Virus record (IMG/VR): IMGVR_UViG_3300025358_000002
Span: 32,001-96,000 of that record
Length of the DNA: 64,000 nt
Origin: a virus
Lineage: Duplodnaviria; Caudoviricetes
Reading direction: 5' to 3' (one strand)
Shown here: one piece after another, positions 1 to 9,152 of the stretch
Layout of the letters: every line of letters begins with the position of its first letter
Numbering within the stretch: position 1 is the first letter of the stretch
Made by a program: the position numbers and the translations under genes
The notes under the pieces: generated by a model
Seen by the model: the letters and a program-made list of their open reading frames with translations, nothing else
Told to the model about the DNA's origin: nothing
Databases searched by the model: none

Positions 1-2
1 CT

Positions 3-110
3 CCGGTCGTAGGACCGGCTGGTTATATGTTCTTGAAAAGCACATTTTCAAGTATTAACTTATACCCAGGGGATAATTTACAATTTAATATCAGCGTACA
101 ATTCTCTTAG
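3..110 (+). CDS. 3' end of a probable virion structural gene (partial)
   Basis: Open frame PVVGPAGYMFLKSTFSSINLYPGDNLQFNISVQFS* ending in TAG at 108-110, just before the next ORF. Confidence 0.6.
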   Translation, partial: PVVGPAGYMFLKSTFSSINLYPGDNLQFNISVQFS

Positions 111-117
111 GATCTAA

Positions 118-2751
118 ATGGCTTACCCCACATATACAACTCCTAGATCAATCGCTGGCGCAGCTGCACCTTCCTATCTTTCTGCAACGCTTGCTAGCGG
201 GTATTCTGCTGGGCAAACAGTTACAATTGGCAATACATCTGGCTGGTATGAAGTAAGCTCAAGCGGCACTGCCACCACAAACCCATTGGGAACTAGTGGT
301 GTATTTACGTTGGTGGTTGATTACGGCCTCAGCACAGAGGAAAAGATCCTGTGCGCATCCGGTGCTATCTCTATTGGTGTTAATGCAGTAATCCCAGTGT
401 GGACAGACGGTACACACAACGGCCGTGGCTGGGATGGAACAAAATCAGTAGCACATGCTACGGGTAGTGGCACCAACCCTAATGTATTCCTCGTTAGAAC
501 TGCAGTAGATGACCTTCAGTTCAATACATCAGCGGCCACACTAACCAACAACCTTGCTACTCTTTCGGGTCAATATGTCGTCACTAGCGGCATTGTAACT
601 AATACAACTACCAATGTTGCTGCTCTTAGCGGTTCACTCGCTACCTTGTCTGGCCAATATGTTGTCACCTCTGGCATTGTTACAGCTCAAGCTGGTTACA
701 TTTCTACGATCTCAGGCAAGCAAGTAACTGATGAAGCAAATATTGCTAGTTTTTCAGGCAGCTTGGCAACCCTCAGTGGTCAATATGTAACAACCAGTGG
801 GATTGTAACCAGCCACACTGGGTCAATTGCAAGCATCAGCGGTAGCCTTACTACTCTTTCTGGACAGTTTGTTGTGCTAAGTGGTGCATACGCTGCCACT
901 TCAGGTAGCCTAAACACCGTAAGCGGAGTCGCTTACTCTGCTTTGCAACGATCAGGTGGCACTATCAGCGGTGCATTGAATATCACCAGCCCCATCCTTG
1001 GTGGTGTAACTGCTACTAGCGGACAATCTCTTGTATGGAACAGCACACAATGGGTGCCAGCAACGGTTAGTGGCGGTGGTGGAGGGATCACTTCTCTTAC
1101 CGGTGACGTAACTGCAACCGGCACAGGTGCAGTCGCTGCAACTCTGGTTGGTACAACCGCTGTTAGTGGTGTGGTAAATGCCATTGTCAATAACAACTCA
1201 ACAGTAACAGGAACAGTTGCAAACCTTGCCACATTGAGTGGACAATTCGTTACACTTTCAGGTCAGTTTGCGACCCTTAGCGGCGCCTATGCAACCACAT
1301 CAGGCAACCTCAATACAACAAATGCTAATGTAGCAAGCTTAAGCGGCCAATTTGCTTCACTTTCAGGACAATACTTAACAACGTCTGGCATAGTTACTAC
1401 TGCTACCGGTAACATTGCTACCCTTACCAGTAACCTCGCTACCCTTAGCGGACAATATGCAACCACATCAGGAATCCTCACAACGCTATCTGGTCAATTT
1501 GTTGCATTGTCTGGTGCATACGCCACAACATCAGGCAATTTAAATACAACTAATGCTAACGTTGCAACTCTTTCAGGACAATTTGTAACATTATCTGGGC
1601 AATACAATACAACTAGCGGGATTGTAACTTCCCACACAAGTTCAATTGCTTTAATTAGTGGCAGCTTGAACACTCTTTCAGGGCAATACGTTGCTACATC
1701 AGGCAGTCTAACAACGTTATCGGGTCAGTTTGTAGCACTCAGTGGCGCTTATGCCACTACATCAGGTAACTTAAATACAACCAATACAAATGTATCGAAT
1801 CTTAGTGGTCAGTTTGCTTCATTGTCAGGTCAGTACCTAACAACTTCGGGAATAGTTACTACTGCAACTGGCAACATTGCTACATTAACTAGCAACTTAG
1901 CTACCCTGAGCGGTCAATATGTTGCTACGTCTGGAAGTCTTACAACTCTTAGTGGTCAATTTGTAACATTAAGCGGTGCATATGCAGCGACTTCAAGTTC
2001 TTTGAACACACTTTCTGGACAGTATGTAGCCACTAGTGGTAGCCTTACAACTTTGTCAGGTCAGTTTGTAACGCTTAGTGGGCAATATAACACAACATCT
2101 GGTATTGTTACTGGTCACACGAGCTCTATCGCGCTAATTTCAGGCAACCTTAACACCGTTAGTGGTGTAGCTTATGCTGCCCTGCCAGGATCCGGTGGAA
2201 CTATTAGCGGCAACCTTGTTGTTGCTTCTGGTCTTACTGTATCTGGCACATCAACACACATTGGTAACTCTACGTTTAGTGGTACTCTTACAGTGGCAAG
2301 TGCCATTATCAACCCTATCCTTCAGGGTGCTTATGAAGTTGTATCTTACAGTGGATCAACCGTGCTTAGCGGAACGGCTACTCCAGCTACGCTTAATGCA
2401 GCAAACAGCTCTTTCTATTTCTATAACACAGCACCATCTGGTTCATATACAGTAGCAATCACCGGAGCACCAACCGTGTCTGGTAGAAGCGCCACTTTTG
2501 CTTTGCTTGTAAATAATGGTTCTACGGCTTATTTGCCCAGCAACGTTACCATTAATGGTAATCAAGCGGGTGCAAGTAGCTCAGCACTCCCATTGCAGGG
2601 TGCGACAAACAATAACATTACTACATTTTACCAAGGTGGCACAGCATGGTCTTCAGCGGATGCAAGCACTCTTGATTCATACACGTTTACTGTGATCTGC
2701 ACGTCATCCACCCCAACATGGACATTGTTAGCAGGATTGACAAAGTTCTAA
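118..2751 (+). CDS. Long fibre/whisker-like virion protein with heptad repeats
   Basis: 877 aa, rich in S/T/G; long (LSGQYVT/TSGxLxT)n repeat shaft; beta-rich C-terminal domain shared with 19845..20630. Confidence 0.75.
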   Translation: MAYPTYTTPRSIAGAAAPSYLSATLASGYSAGQTVTIGNTSGWYEVSSSGTATTNPLGTSGVFTLVVDYGLSTEEKILCASGAISIGVNAVIPVWTDGTHNGRGWDGTKSVAHATGSGTNPNVFLVRTAVDDLQFNTSAATLTNNLATLSGQYVVTSGIVTNTTTNVAALSGSLATLSGQYVVTSGIVTAQAGYISTISGKQVTDEANIASFSGSLATLSGQYVTTSGIVTSHTGSIASISGSLTTLSGQFVVLSGAYAATSGSLNTVSGVAYSALQRSGGTISGALNITSPILGGVTATSGQSLVWNSTQWVPATVSGGGGGITSLTGDVTATGTGAVAATLVGTTAVSGVVNAIVNNNSTVTGTVANLATLSGQFVTLSGQFATLSGAYATTSGNLNTTNANVASLSGQFASLSGQYLTTSGIVTTATGNIATLTSNLATLSGQYATTSGILTTLSGQFVALSGAYATTSGNLNTTNANVATLSGQFVTLSGQYNTTSGIVTSHTSSIALISGSLNTLSGQYVATSGSLTTLSGQFVALSGAYATTSGNLNTTNTNVSNLSGQFASLSGQYLTTSGIVTTATGNIATLTSNLATLSGQYVATSGSLTTLSGQFVTLSGAYAATSSSLNTLSGQYVATSGSLTTLSGQFVTLSGQYNTTSGIVTGHTSSIALISGNLNTVSGVAYAALPGSGGTISGNLVVASGLTVSGTSTHIGNSTFSGTLTVASAIINPILQGAYEVVSYSGSTVLSGTATPATLNAANSSFYFYNTAPSGSYTVAITGAPTVSGRSATFALLVNNGSTAYLPSNVTINGNQAGASSSALPLQGATNNNITTFYQGGTAWSSADASTLDSYTFTVICTSSTPTWTLLAGLTKF
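541..2180 (+). repeat. Degenerate 21-nt-period coding repeats encoding LSGQ(F/Y)xx / TSGxxxx heptads
   Basis: Peptide blocks such as ATLSGQFVTLSGQY and LSGAYATTSGNLNTTN recur with divergent synonymous codons. Confidence 0.85.
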
Positions 2752-3773
2752 TGCCACTCGTAACTACATTCGCAAACGATGCTATCCAAGCACTCAATGT
2801 GTTTTCTTCGCAAACTGTAGTAGCTGTTACAGGATCACACATTTATTTTAACGCTTCAAATACTTATACTTTTACCGTTCCATCAGGTGTAACTCAAATT
2901 TCAGTCCTTGCTATCGGGGGTGGTGGCGGTGCTGCTGGTGGTGTAATTGCTGGTCAGAATGGCACTGCTTCAACCGTAAAGAACAGTGGTGGAACGACCC
3001 TTATCAGTGCCGGTGGTGGTTCTAGAGGAGCAAGCGGTGTCCCAGGCACAGGCGGAACTGCTTCATTCGGAACTGGTGTCACGGGAACAGGATATTCAGG
3101 TGGTTCTGGTGGTTTGCGTGGTGGCGGTGGCGCAGGTGGTTACACAGGTGCTGGTGGTGCTGGTGGTGCTACAGCGTCTTCGGCTGGTTCGGCAGGTACA
3201 GGTGGTGCTGCCGGTGGTGGTGGCTCGCCATCGTCAAACGGTGGTGGCGGTGGTGGAACGGGCGTTTATGGCTCTGGTTCCAACGGCGCAGGTGGTAACT
3301 CAACAGTAGGCTCACCAACAGAGGGCGGTCAGCCGGGTTCCAATGTCACTTACACGGCTGGCGCAGGTGGGCCCGGTGGCAACAACACGTCGTCTACTTC
3401 AGAGGGCGGTGACATTGGTTCCTATCCATACACGGGTCTTGTCGCTGGTTCGTCAACCGGACTTCAATCGAACACCGTATATTCGGGTGGTGGAAACGCT
3501 AGTGGTGCTGCTGGTGGCGGAGGAGGCGGTTGGCCCGGTGGTGGTGGTGCTGGGCAGAACTCCACAGGGGGTGGTGGAGGCGCTTTAGCCTACGCCAATC
3601 TTAGTGTTTCACCGGGTCAGACCTACACGATAAATGTTGGAACTGGCGGAGGCGGATATGGTAACGGTGCCGGTGGAGCATCTGGCGTTGTCCGCATTGT
3701 CTGGAATACAACATCAACGCCATCATTCCCATCAACTAATGTTGCTTCAACTACAAATGAAGTGTATAACTAA
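2751..3773 (+). CDS. Glycine-rich virion protein (fibre-tip associated)
   Basis: ATG at 2751 overlaps the upstream TAA; motifs FTVPSGVTQISVLAIGGGGG, VSPGQTYTINVGTGG and GASGVVRIVW are typical of glycine-rich phage tail proteins. Confidence 0.7.
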   Translation: MPLVTTFANDAIQALNVFSSQTVVAVTGSHIYFNASNTYTFTVPSGVTQISVLAIGGGGGAAGGVIAGQNGTASTVKNSGGTTLISAGGGSRGASGVPGTGGTASFGTGVTGTGYSGGSGGLRGGGGAGGYTGAGGAGGATASSAGSAGTGGAAGGGGSPSSNGGGGGGTGVYGSGSNGAGGNSTVGSPTEGGQPGSNVTYTAGAGGPGGNNTSSTSEGGDIGSYPYTGLVAGSSTGLQSNTVYSGGGNASGAAGGGGGGWPGGGGAGQNSTGGGGGALAYANLSVSPGQTYTINVGTGGGGYGNGAGGASGVVRIVWNTTSTPSFPSTNVASTTNEVYN

Positions 3774-4102
3774 TGCTAGGTAACCGAGGATATTACAGCG
3801 CAAACGCCAAAGTGTATGAAGGCTACCGTGGTATACGTAAGCTGCAATCTTATATATTAAACATCTTGTTGGTTGAATTTGGTAAAGTACAACCACTTAT
3901 CAATGTTAATAATTATGCATTAGATAACGATCAAAATCTTGATAATGCTGGCAACTTCACTGCGAATAATGACCAGCCAGGTCTTAATTGGATAGAACCA
4001 ATAATTCCTGCTAGCGAAGGGTACACCGCAGAAGAAGTCCTGCAACCCAATGACTTTACAGAACCTGACTATCCGTCTGGCGAGGATGTAGTGCCTTCTT
4101 GA
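3773..4102 (+). CDS. Hypothetical protein
   Basis: 109 aa; start overlaps the upstream stop (TAATG). Confidence 0.55.
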   Translation: MLGNRGYYSANAKVYEGYRGIRKLQSYILNILLVEFGKVQPLINVNNYALDNDQNLDNAGNFTANNDQPGLNWIEPIIPASEGYTAEEVLQPNDFTEPDYPSGEDVVPS

Positions 4103-4136
4103 TTTTACCTTAGTTAATAGACCAAAAGGAGATAGT

Positions 4137-4685
4137 ATGAACGACACACGCAACGCACAAGTAGCCTGGGCTGAATGGGGCGTAGCCAACCACCAGCACT
4201 TTAATTATTCAGAAGGTGCTGACCGCATGAACGCCATTGGTGTTTGGCCTCCCAAGTTTCCCATCAATACCGACTGCTCGGGTTCTTGCACCCTGTGGGC
4301 ATTCCTTGCCAATGGCAATGACCCAAACGGCCTTAACTTTGACCACGAAGGCTACACTGGCACATTCCTTAGCCACGAAGAGCACCTTGCTCTCTGGGTT
4401 AAGAATGCTAAGGGTGTTCTTGTAGAAGACGTTTTGCCAGGTGACTACGTAGTTTATGGACCTGGAACGGGCGAACATGTAGCGATTGTCGTGGAGGTAC
4501 ACGGCAATGACATTTTGACCGTTTCACACGGCGCACAAGGTGGACCTGGCTATTGCTGGATTAATGCTCCTAAGACAGTTCCTTCACGTGGTTATCCATT
4601 TGATGGCCGTACCCCACAGACGTTTCTCCGCAATGTAACTGACACAGCTAAGACTGTCCGTACCCCCGACAACCTCCCAAAGTAG
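4137..4685 (+). CDS. NlpC/P60/CHAP-type cell-wall hydrolase (endolysin or virion lysin)
   Basis: TDCSG catalytic Cys motif, PGDYVVYG, HVAIVV His motif; RBS AAGGGAG. Confidence 0.75.
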   Translation: MNDTRNAQVAWAEWGVANHQHFNYSEGADRMNAIGVWPPKFPINTDCSGSCTLWAFLANGNDPNGLNFDHEGYTGTFLSHEEHLALWVKNAKGVLVEDVLPGDYVVYGPGTGEHVAIVVEVHGNDILTVSHGAQGGPGYCWINAPKTVPSRGYPFDGRTPQTFLRNVTDTAKTVRTPDNLPK

Positions 4686-4690
4686 TTTAA

Positions 4691-5674
4691 ATGACACGTT
4701 ATCGTCAAAATTTCTTATCAGGAACAGCATCTAATGTTATTGCTAATACCAACCAGCTGACAATTACTGGTACGGGATTTCCCACAAACATTCCAGCTGG
4801 CCAATACATGGCAATTACGCTGAACCCAGGATATTACGGCACTACCGCAAGCCCTGAAGTTATCTACATTAACAGTAACACCACCTCCACTGTAGCTAGC
4901 GTTACGGCTAGAGCCCAAGAATCCAGTGTACTCACCAGTGGAACATTGGTTCCTTGGGTTGCTGGTCCTTTGGTAGCTGACTACGATGTAACAAACCTTA
5001 CATCAACCGGTACGTTGTCGTTGAACAATGGACTTAGTGTTGCAGGATCAAGCACCCTCAGCACAACAAACGTTAATGGAGTGCTTACAGTCCAAAGCGC
5101 AATTGTCGCAAATGGTACATACTCAACATTTAATACGGGTATCCTTTCTAATGGGAGCGCAACTTTTAACAACAGTGTTGCCGTAAACAGCACAATTACC
5201 GGCATACCCAAAGCAAGAATGTACGGTGTAGGTACGACTGTAAACTCAAGCACTTATACAACCATCCAAACAGTTGTTACTGGTACATATGGGTTTGTTT
5301 CTGGTGGTATGACCTATTCTAATAATGGTCTTACTGTTCCATATACCGGCTATTACCAGATCAGTGCATCCATTGGTTATTCAGCATATGGTGCTTATGG
5401 TGAACCAGCCGCCTCCGGTGTATACGGGTGTCAGCTTGGCATTTACACAACATCAACAGGTACAAGCACTGGATATTACGTCGCAGCAGACGCTTATATT
5501 GCAGGAGTGCCTGTAGCTGGGTTGATTCCAGAAACGGTTGTTTTGTCTGACATTATTCCGTTAAATGCTGGCAACACAATTACTTTGATTGGTTGGGCTC
5601 CTAGCTTGGCTCTTGCCGGTTCAGTTGCTGGTGCACAAACAACATACGTATCTATTCACTATATCGGTAGCTAA
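4691..5674 (+). CDS. Short fibre/receptor-binding protein with C1q/TNF-like C-terminal domain
   Basis: GLTVPYTGYYQISASI...LNAGNTITL...TYVSIHYIG pattern; S/T/G-rich. Confidence 0.6.
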   Translation: MTRYRQNFLSGTASNVIANTNQLTITGTGFPTNIPAGQYMAITLNPGYYGTTASPEVIYINSNTTSTVASVTARAQESSVLTSGTLVPWVAGPLVADYDVTNLTSTGTLSLNNGLSVAGSSTLSTTNVNGVLTVQSAIVANGTYSTFNTGILSNGSATFNNSVAVNSTITGIPKARMYGVGTTVNSSTYTTIQTVVTGTYGFVSGGMTYSNNGLTVPYTGYYQISASIGYSAYGAYGEPAASGVYGCQLGIYTTSTGTSTGYYVAADAYIAGVPVAGLIPETVVLSDIIPLNAGNTITLIGWAPSLALAGSVAGAQTTYVSIHYIGS

Positions 5675-6537
5675 TGAGAGTACGTCCTATCCCACAATAC
5701 GCAGCCGAGCCATTGGGAATCACAACGTACATCAGCGGTTCTCTTGCTGATCCTGACAATCAATACGTTTGGATCAACATTACAAACACTGATAATGGCA
5801 CTGTGGTGCTCGCTTCTGGACAAGCAACGTGGGAAAGCACGGGTACATACCAGTACACAACCAACTCTAGCCAGACAGCAATTCAAGGAAACTACGCAAC
5901 CACTTGGAACTACGCCATCAATGGTAGCCCAAGAACGTACGTAGATAATTTTATCATTACTGATCAGATGCCGTATTGGAGCAATCTGGATACGGAACAA
6001 CGTCAGCTGGTGACGGGTATTGTGCACCGACTTGACAAGAGTTTTGACAGTACTGCTGGTGGTCCATACTTGCAGGAACTCAATCAGAGTGGTTTCTTGA
6101 TGTATGAAGAAGTGGCCATGGTTATGCAAGACGAAACAATGGACTACATCAACTTCGAATTTCAACCGATCTTTAGCCCTGCTTATCAGGTTGGTATCAA
6201 CGCTACTGTTCCTTTTCCAACCACGTATTACGGTGTCTTGTCTACACAAACGTACGCTCACTTCTTGAAGCACATTGCTCGTAACTACATTGAACAACCA
6301 ACGCCAGCTGGTATGAACGCTGCTTGGATGGACCGTCGAGATTACTACAACCGTTGGTGGCAGTTGTACCTGTTTGACAAGGAAGTTGCTGACAAGCAAC
6401 TCCGTCAGATGAAACGTCAATACATGGTTGGTTCCAAGAGATCCCTTTTGGTTGCTGGTGGTCTTATTCCGCGTATGTTCACGAATCCGAGCCGACCGCA
6501 TTTTCAATATGCAGCGGTTAATATGGGTGGAGTTTAA
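5674..6537 (+). CDS. Head-tail adaptor/neck protein (Ig-like N-terminus)
   Basis: Position at the start of the neck block; N-terminal TGTYQY...GNYATTW beta domain followed by a helical domain. Confidence 0.55.
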   Translation: MRVRPIPQYAAEPLGITTYISGSLADPDNQYVWINITNTDNGTVVLASGQATWESTGTYQYTTNSSQTAIQGNYATTWNYAINGSPRTYVDNFIITDQMPYWSNLDTEQRQLVTGIVHRLDKSFDSTAGGPYLQELNQSGFLMYEEVAMVMQDETMDYINFEFQPIFSPAYQVGINATVPFPTTYYGVLSTQTYAHFLKHIARNYIEQPTPAGMNAAWMDRRDYYNRWWQLYLFDKEVADKQLRQMKRQYMVGSKRSLLVAGGLIPRMFTNPSRPHFQYAAVNMGGV

Positions 6538-7198
6538 TATGTGCATGGGTTGTAAGACAGGAACAAAAAAACGTACGACACGCACTTATACCTGCACGCG
6601 TTGTAACGAAGAACGTACACAAAACTCATGTGGACGCCTACGTGAAGTATGTGATGTTTGCAGAAACAAAAAAAACCCATGTGAGTGTGGTTGCGGTGGT
6701 TTTGTAAAAGCTGCACTGAATAATTCTAAATTTATCAGTGGGCATAACATTAATTTGCTTACAATTGATGAACAACGTCGCCGTAGGTCTTTACAGCGTA
6801 AACGGTACGTAGAACTTAATCCAGATGGCCCTTCAGTTGCAACTCGTGCCAAGATTGCCAAAACCGTCAGCCAACGTCACAAAGAAGGCGCGTTTGTAAA
6901 TGCCTACGGGAATAAGGTATCTAAGGTAGAATTGTCGTTAAAGCCTGTCCTCGAACCACTTGGCTACGAACACACTGGTGAGGGTGGTTTTCACATCCGC
7001 GCTAAAGGCGGCAAGACTCGTATTCCAGACTATGTTAAGCGTGATACCCGTGAGATTGTAGAAGTATGGGGAACATACTGGCATCGTGGCGAGAACCCGC
7101 AGGATCTTATTGACTGGTATGCAGAGCAAGGTTGGAATGCCCGCGTGGTATGGGAAAATGAAGTAGCCGAATTTGCCGTAAACATGGGTGGAGTATAG
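6514..7198 (+). mobile_element. Endonuclease insertion bounded by a 24-nt imperfect direct repeat (6514-6537 and 7175-7198), both copies encoding AVNMGGV*
   Basis: GCGGTTAATATGGGTGGAGTTTAA vs GCCGTAAACATGGGTGGAGTATAG; 19/24 identical, all mismatches at third codon positions. Confidence 0.7.
6539..7198 (+). CDS. Free-standing homing-type endonuclease (Cys-rich/NUMOD-like N-terminus, DUF559/Vsr-like PD-(D/E)XK C-terminus)
   Basis: CECGCG...FISGHN motif; SKVELSL, IPDY, IVEVWGTYWH, GWNARVVWENE; ATG at 6539 after GGAG. Confidence 0.75.
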   Translation: MCMGCKTGTKKRTTRTYTCTRCNEERTQNSCGRLREVCDVCRNKKNPCECGCGGFVKAALNNSKFISGHNINLLTIDEQRRRRSLQRKRYVELNPDGPSVATRAKIAKTVSQRHKEGAFVNAYGNKVSKVELSLKPVLEPLGYEHTGEGGFHIRAKGGKTRIPDYVKRDTREIVEVWGTYWHRGENPQDLIDWYAEQGWNARVVWENEVAEFAVNMGGV

Positions 7199-7199
7199 T

Positions 7200-7889
7200 G
7201 TGTCGGGTATCAATCCACAGCCAGGCCCAGTAGTCTCAGGCACAGGCACAGGTTTAAGCTACCAAGTTGAAAGCCCAATGCTTGTTGTCAAGCAGAAGGA
7301 AATCTGGGCACAGACAGATCAGCAACGTTTTCATGATGAAGCTTTGCAATGGTACGGAGAAGAAGCCATCGTACGTCAACTGTGGCGTGCAGAAGATCAG
7401 GTCAATGGGCTGGTCAATTACTGTCTCACTTGTCAAGACAGCCCAAACCCTACAGCACCGTCGCTGGCAACGCAGAGCCGTGTAAACCAGGTGTACCGTC
7501 AGACTGGTAACAGCTACTGTCCAGACTGCTACGGTACGACATTCAGTGGTGGTTTCAAGCCAATCTGCTACCACCTTTACATGATCGCTGCCGACACACC
7601 ACAGCAACGCTCCAACCTCAGCACTGGTCAGTTCTGGAAGAACACTCCTCAAGTACAGTTCAGTTGGTACCCAGAAATTCGCGTTGGAGACCTGGTGATC
7701 CGTGTAAACCAATGGACTAACGGCACTCCAACATCTTTGGGTGAACGTTTTGCCGTAAGCACGGTAAACCCTAACTCAATTCGCACAGGCCCTGGTCAAA
7801 GCTACAACACAACAACGTACGTCAATCAAACAACCACGTTGGAGAATGTACCACCAAGCCACCCATACTATGGAGTGCCAGTTATATGA
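7200..7889 (+). CDS. Head-closure/neck protein with CxxC pairs
   Basis: GTG at 7200 after GGAG (ORF track starts at 7188); CLTC...CPDCYGTTFSGGF; IRVGDLVIR; neck-block position. Confidence 0.6.
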   Translation: MSGINPQPGPVVSGTGTGLSYQVESPMLVVKQKEIWAQTDQQRFHDEALQWYGEEAIVRQLWRAEDQVNGLVNYCLTCQDSPNPTAPSLATQSRVNQVYRQTGNSYCPDCYGTTFSGGFKPICYHLYMIAADTPQQRSNLSTGQFWKNTPQVQFSWYPEIRVGDLVIRVNQWTNGTPTSLGERFAVSTVNPNSIRTGPGQSYNTTTYVNQTTTLENVPPSHPYYGVPVI

Positions 7890-8410
7890 GCGAGATGGTC
7901 CCAGTACCAGAGCAAATTGCTAGACAAATTGCAATGAGAGCTGTAGAAATTGCGCGCGTTATTGGTCCACGCAAAACCGGTAAAGCCCTTCTTGGTTTGA
8001 CACCTATTTCACAAGAAGGTATTATTGGTATAGATGCTAGTGAAGAAGTAAGTTATATTCTTGATCTAGACCAGGGTATTGAAGAGCACCCTATGACCAA
8101 CCTTGCTGGTCGTAACGTGCCAGTGCGCAGTCCTGGTGGAACAATATTTTTCCGCAGAGCTACAGAAAACAACATTGGTACTATTCCGATTATTACTAGG
8201 CTTTCAAAAGACGGAAGAATCTACAACGGTAAGCCGGAATGGACCTACCCTGCAAAGCCCGGCCTCAACTTTATTCAACGTTCACTAGAGATGAGCGTAG
8301 ACGAATGGTGCAGATCCGCAAACACTCAAAAAGTCGTTGACATGATGCTATTATCGTCTATCAAAGATGATGTAAGCATGTTTGTTTATGGAAAGAAAGC
8401 CAGCGTATAA
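7886..8410 (+). CDS. Neck/tail-completion protein (HK97 gp10-like)
   Basis: PRKTGKAL, LDQG and WTYPAKPGLNFIQRSL motifs; synteny. Confidence 0.55.
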   Translation: MSEMVPVPEQIARQIAMRAVEIARVIGPRKTGKALLGLTPISQEGIIGIDASEEVSYILDLDQGIEEHPMTNLAGRNVPVRSPGGTIFFRRATENNIGTIPIITRLSKDGRIYNGKPEWTYPAKPGLNFIQRSLEMSVDEWCRSANTQKVVDMMLLSSIKDDVSMFVYGKKASV

Positions 8411-9087
8411 TGTTCGTAACAGCCGTAAAAACAACAATTATCGAAGCATTAAACGCAGGATTTAGCCAGCTGTCTAGCCACCCCGTTGATAATAGTTTAG
8501 ATCTTGTTCCCAATAGTATAACCATTGAGTATCCGCTAGAGTTAGTAGCGTGGCCAACCATTCTTGTGCAATTCCGCGCAAGCAAGGTTCAATGGACTGG
8601 ACTCAATCCAGATATTTATTCTGTTTCATCCAGCGGTATTTCTATTAGTGGCACCACATATTCGGGTACCGTAGTAAACAGAACCGGTTATTTTGAGGGA
8701 AGTATTGACCTTCAAATCATGGCAATGCACTCAGAAGAGCGCGACCGCCTTATGGACAGCGTTACAAACTTGATCCTTATGGGTGCGGGTAGCCCCGCTA
8801 GCTCCGCTTTCTACGCCAGTATCTACAACAACGACCTGGTTGGATTGACGCTGTTGCCCAGCACCTATACCAATTTGGGTGACAGCATTAGCTCAGGAAC
8901 TCCGTGGAGCCCAGAGGAATTAACTTACGAAGCCAGCTTCCGCATCAACTGCATTGGCGACTTCTACGAAACAAAATACAACTACGAATTGCCACAGATC
9001 ACAACAATTGTTACGAGTGGGACCCAATACTACCCATCAGTTTCATCGTTGTACCAGCCAGGAACCCCCTGGTATCCGCTTCCTTAA
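8410..9087 (+). CDS. Tail terminator/completion protein
   Basis: Immediately upstream of the sheath; EYP...WPTILV and IDLQIMA..SEERDRLMD pattern. Confidence 0.55.
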   Translation: MFVTAVKTTIIEALNAGFSQLSSHPVDNSLDLVPNSITIEYPLELVAWPTILVQFRASKVQWTGLNPDIYSVSSSGISISGTTYSGTVVNRTGYFEGSIDLQIMAMHSEERDRLMDSVTNLILMGAGSPASSAFYASIYNNDLVGLTLLPSTYTNLGDSISSGTPWSPEELTYEASFRINCIGDFYETKYNYELPQITTIVTSGTQYYPSVSSLYQPGTPWYPLP

Positions 9088-9152
9088 TAAAACTATGAAA
9101 AGAAGTATTGTAAAACTACGCAGATTCTGCACAAGACCGTGAAGGAGATTGT

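Noticed and set aside
541-2180. CRISPR-like or non-coding repeat array
   Set aside because: Repeats are in-frame peptide repeats with synonymous divergence and no unique spacers
5671-6585. Long minus-strand ORFs (e.g. 304 aa here, also 33500..34087 and 47890..48453)
   Set aside because: Antisense shadows of well-supported + strand genes, with no motifs or RBS
6538-7174. Group I intron or intein
   Set aside because: The upstream gene has its own complete end and stop, the insert is almost entirely ORF with no room for a ribozyme core, and there are no intein splice-junction motifs
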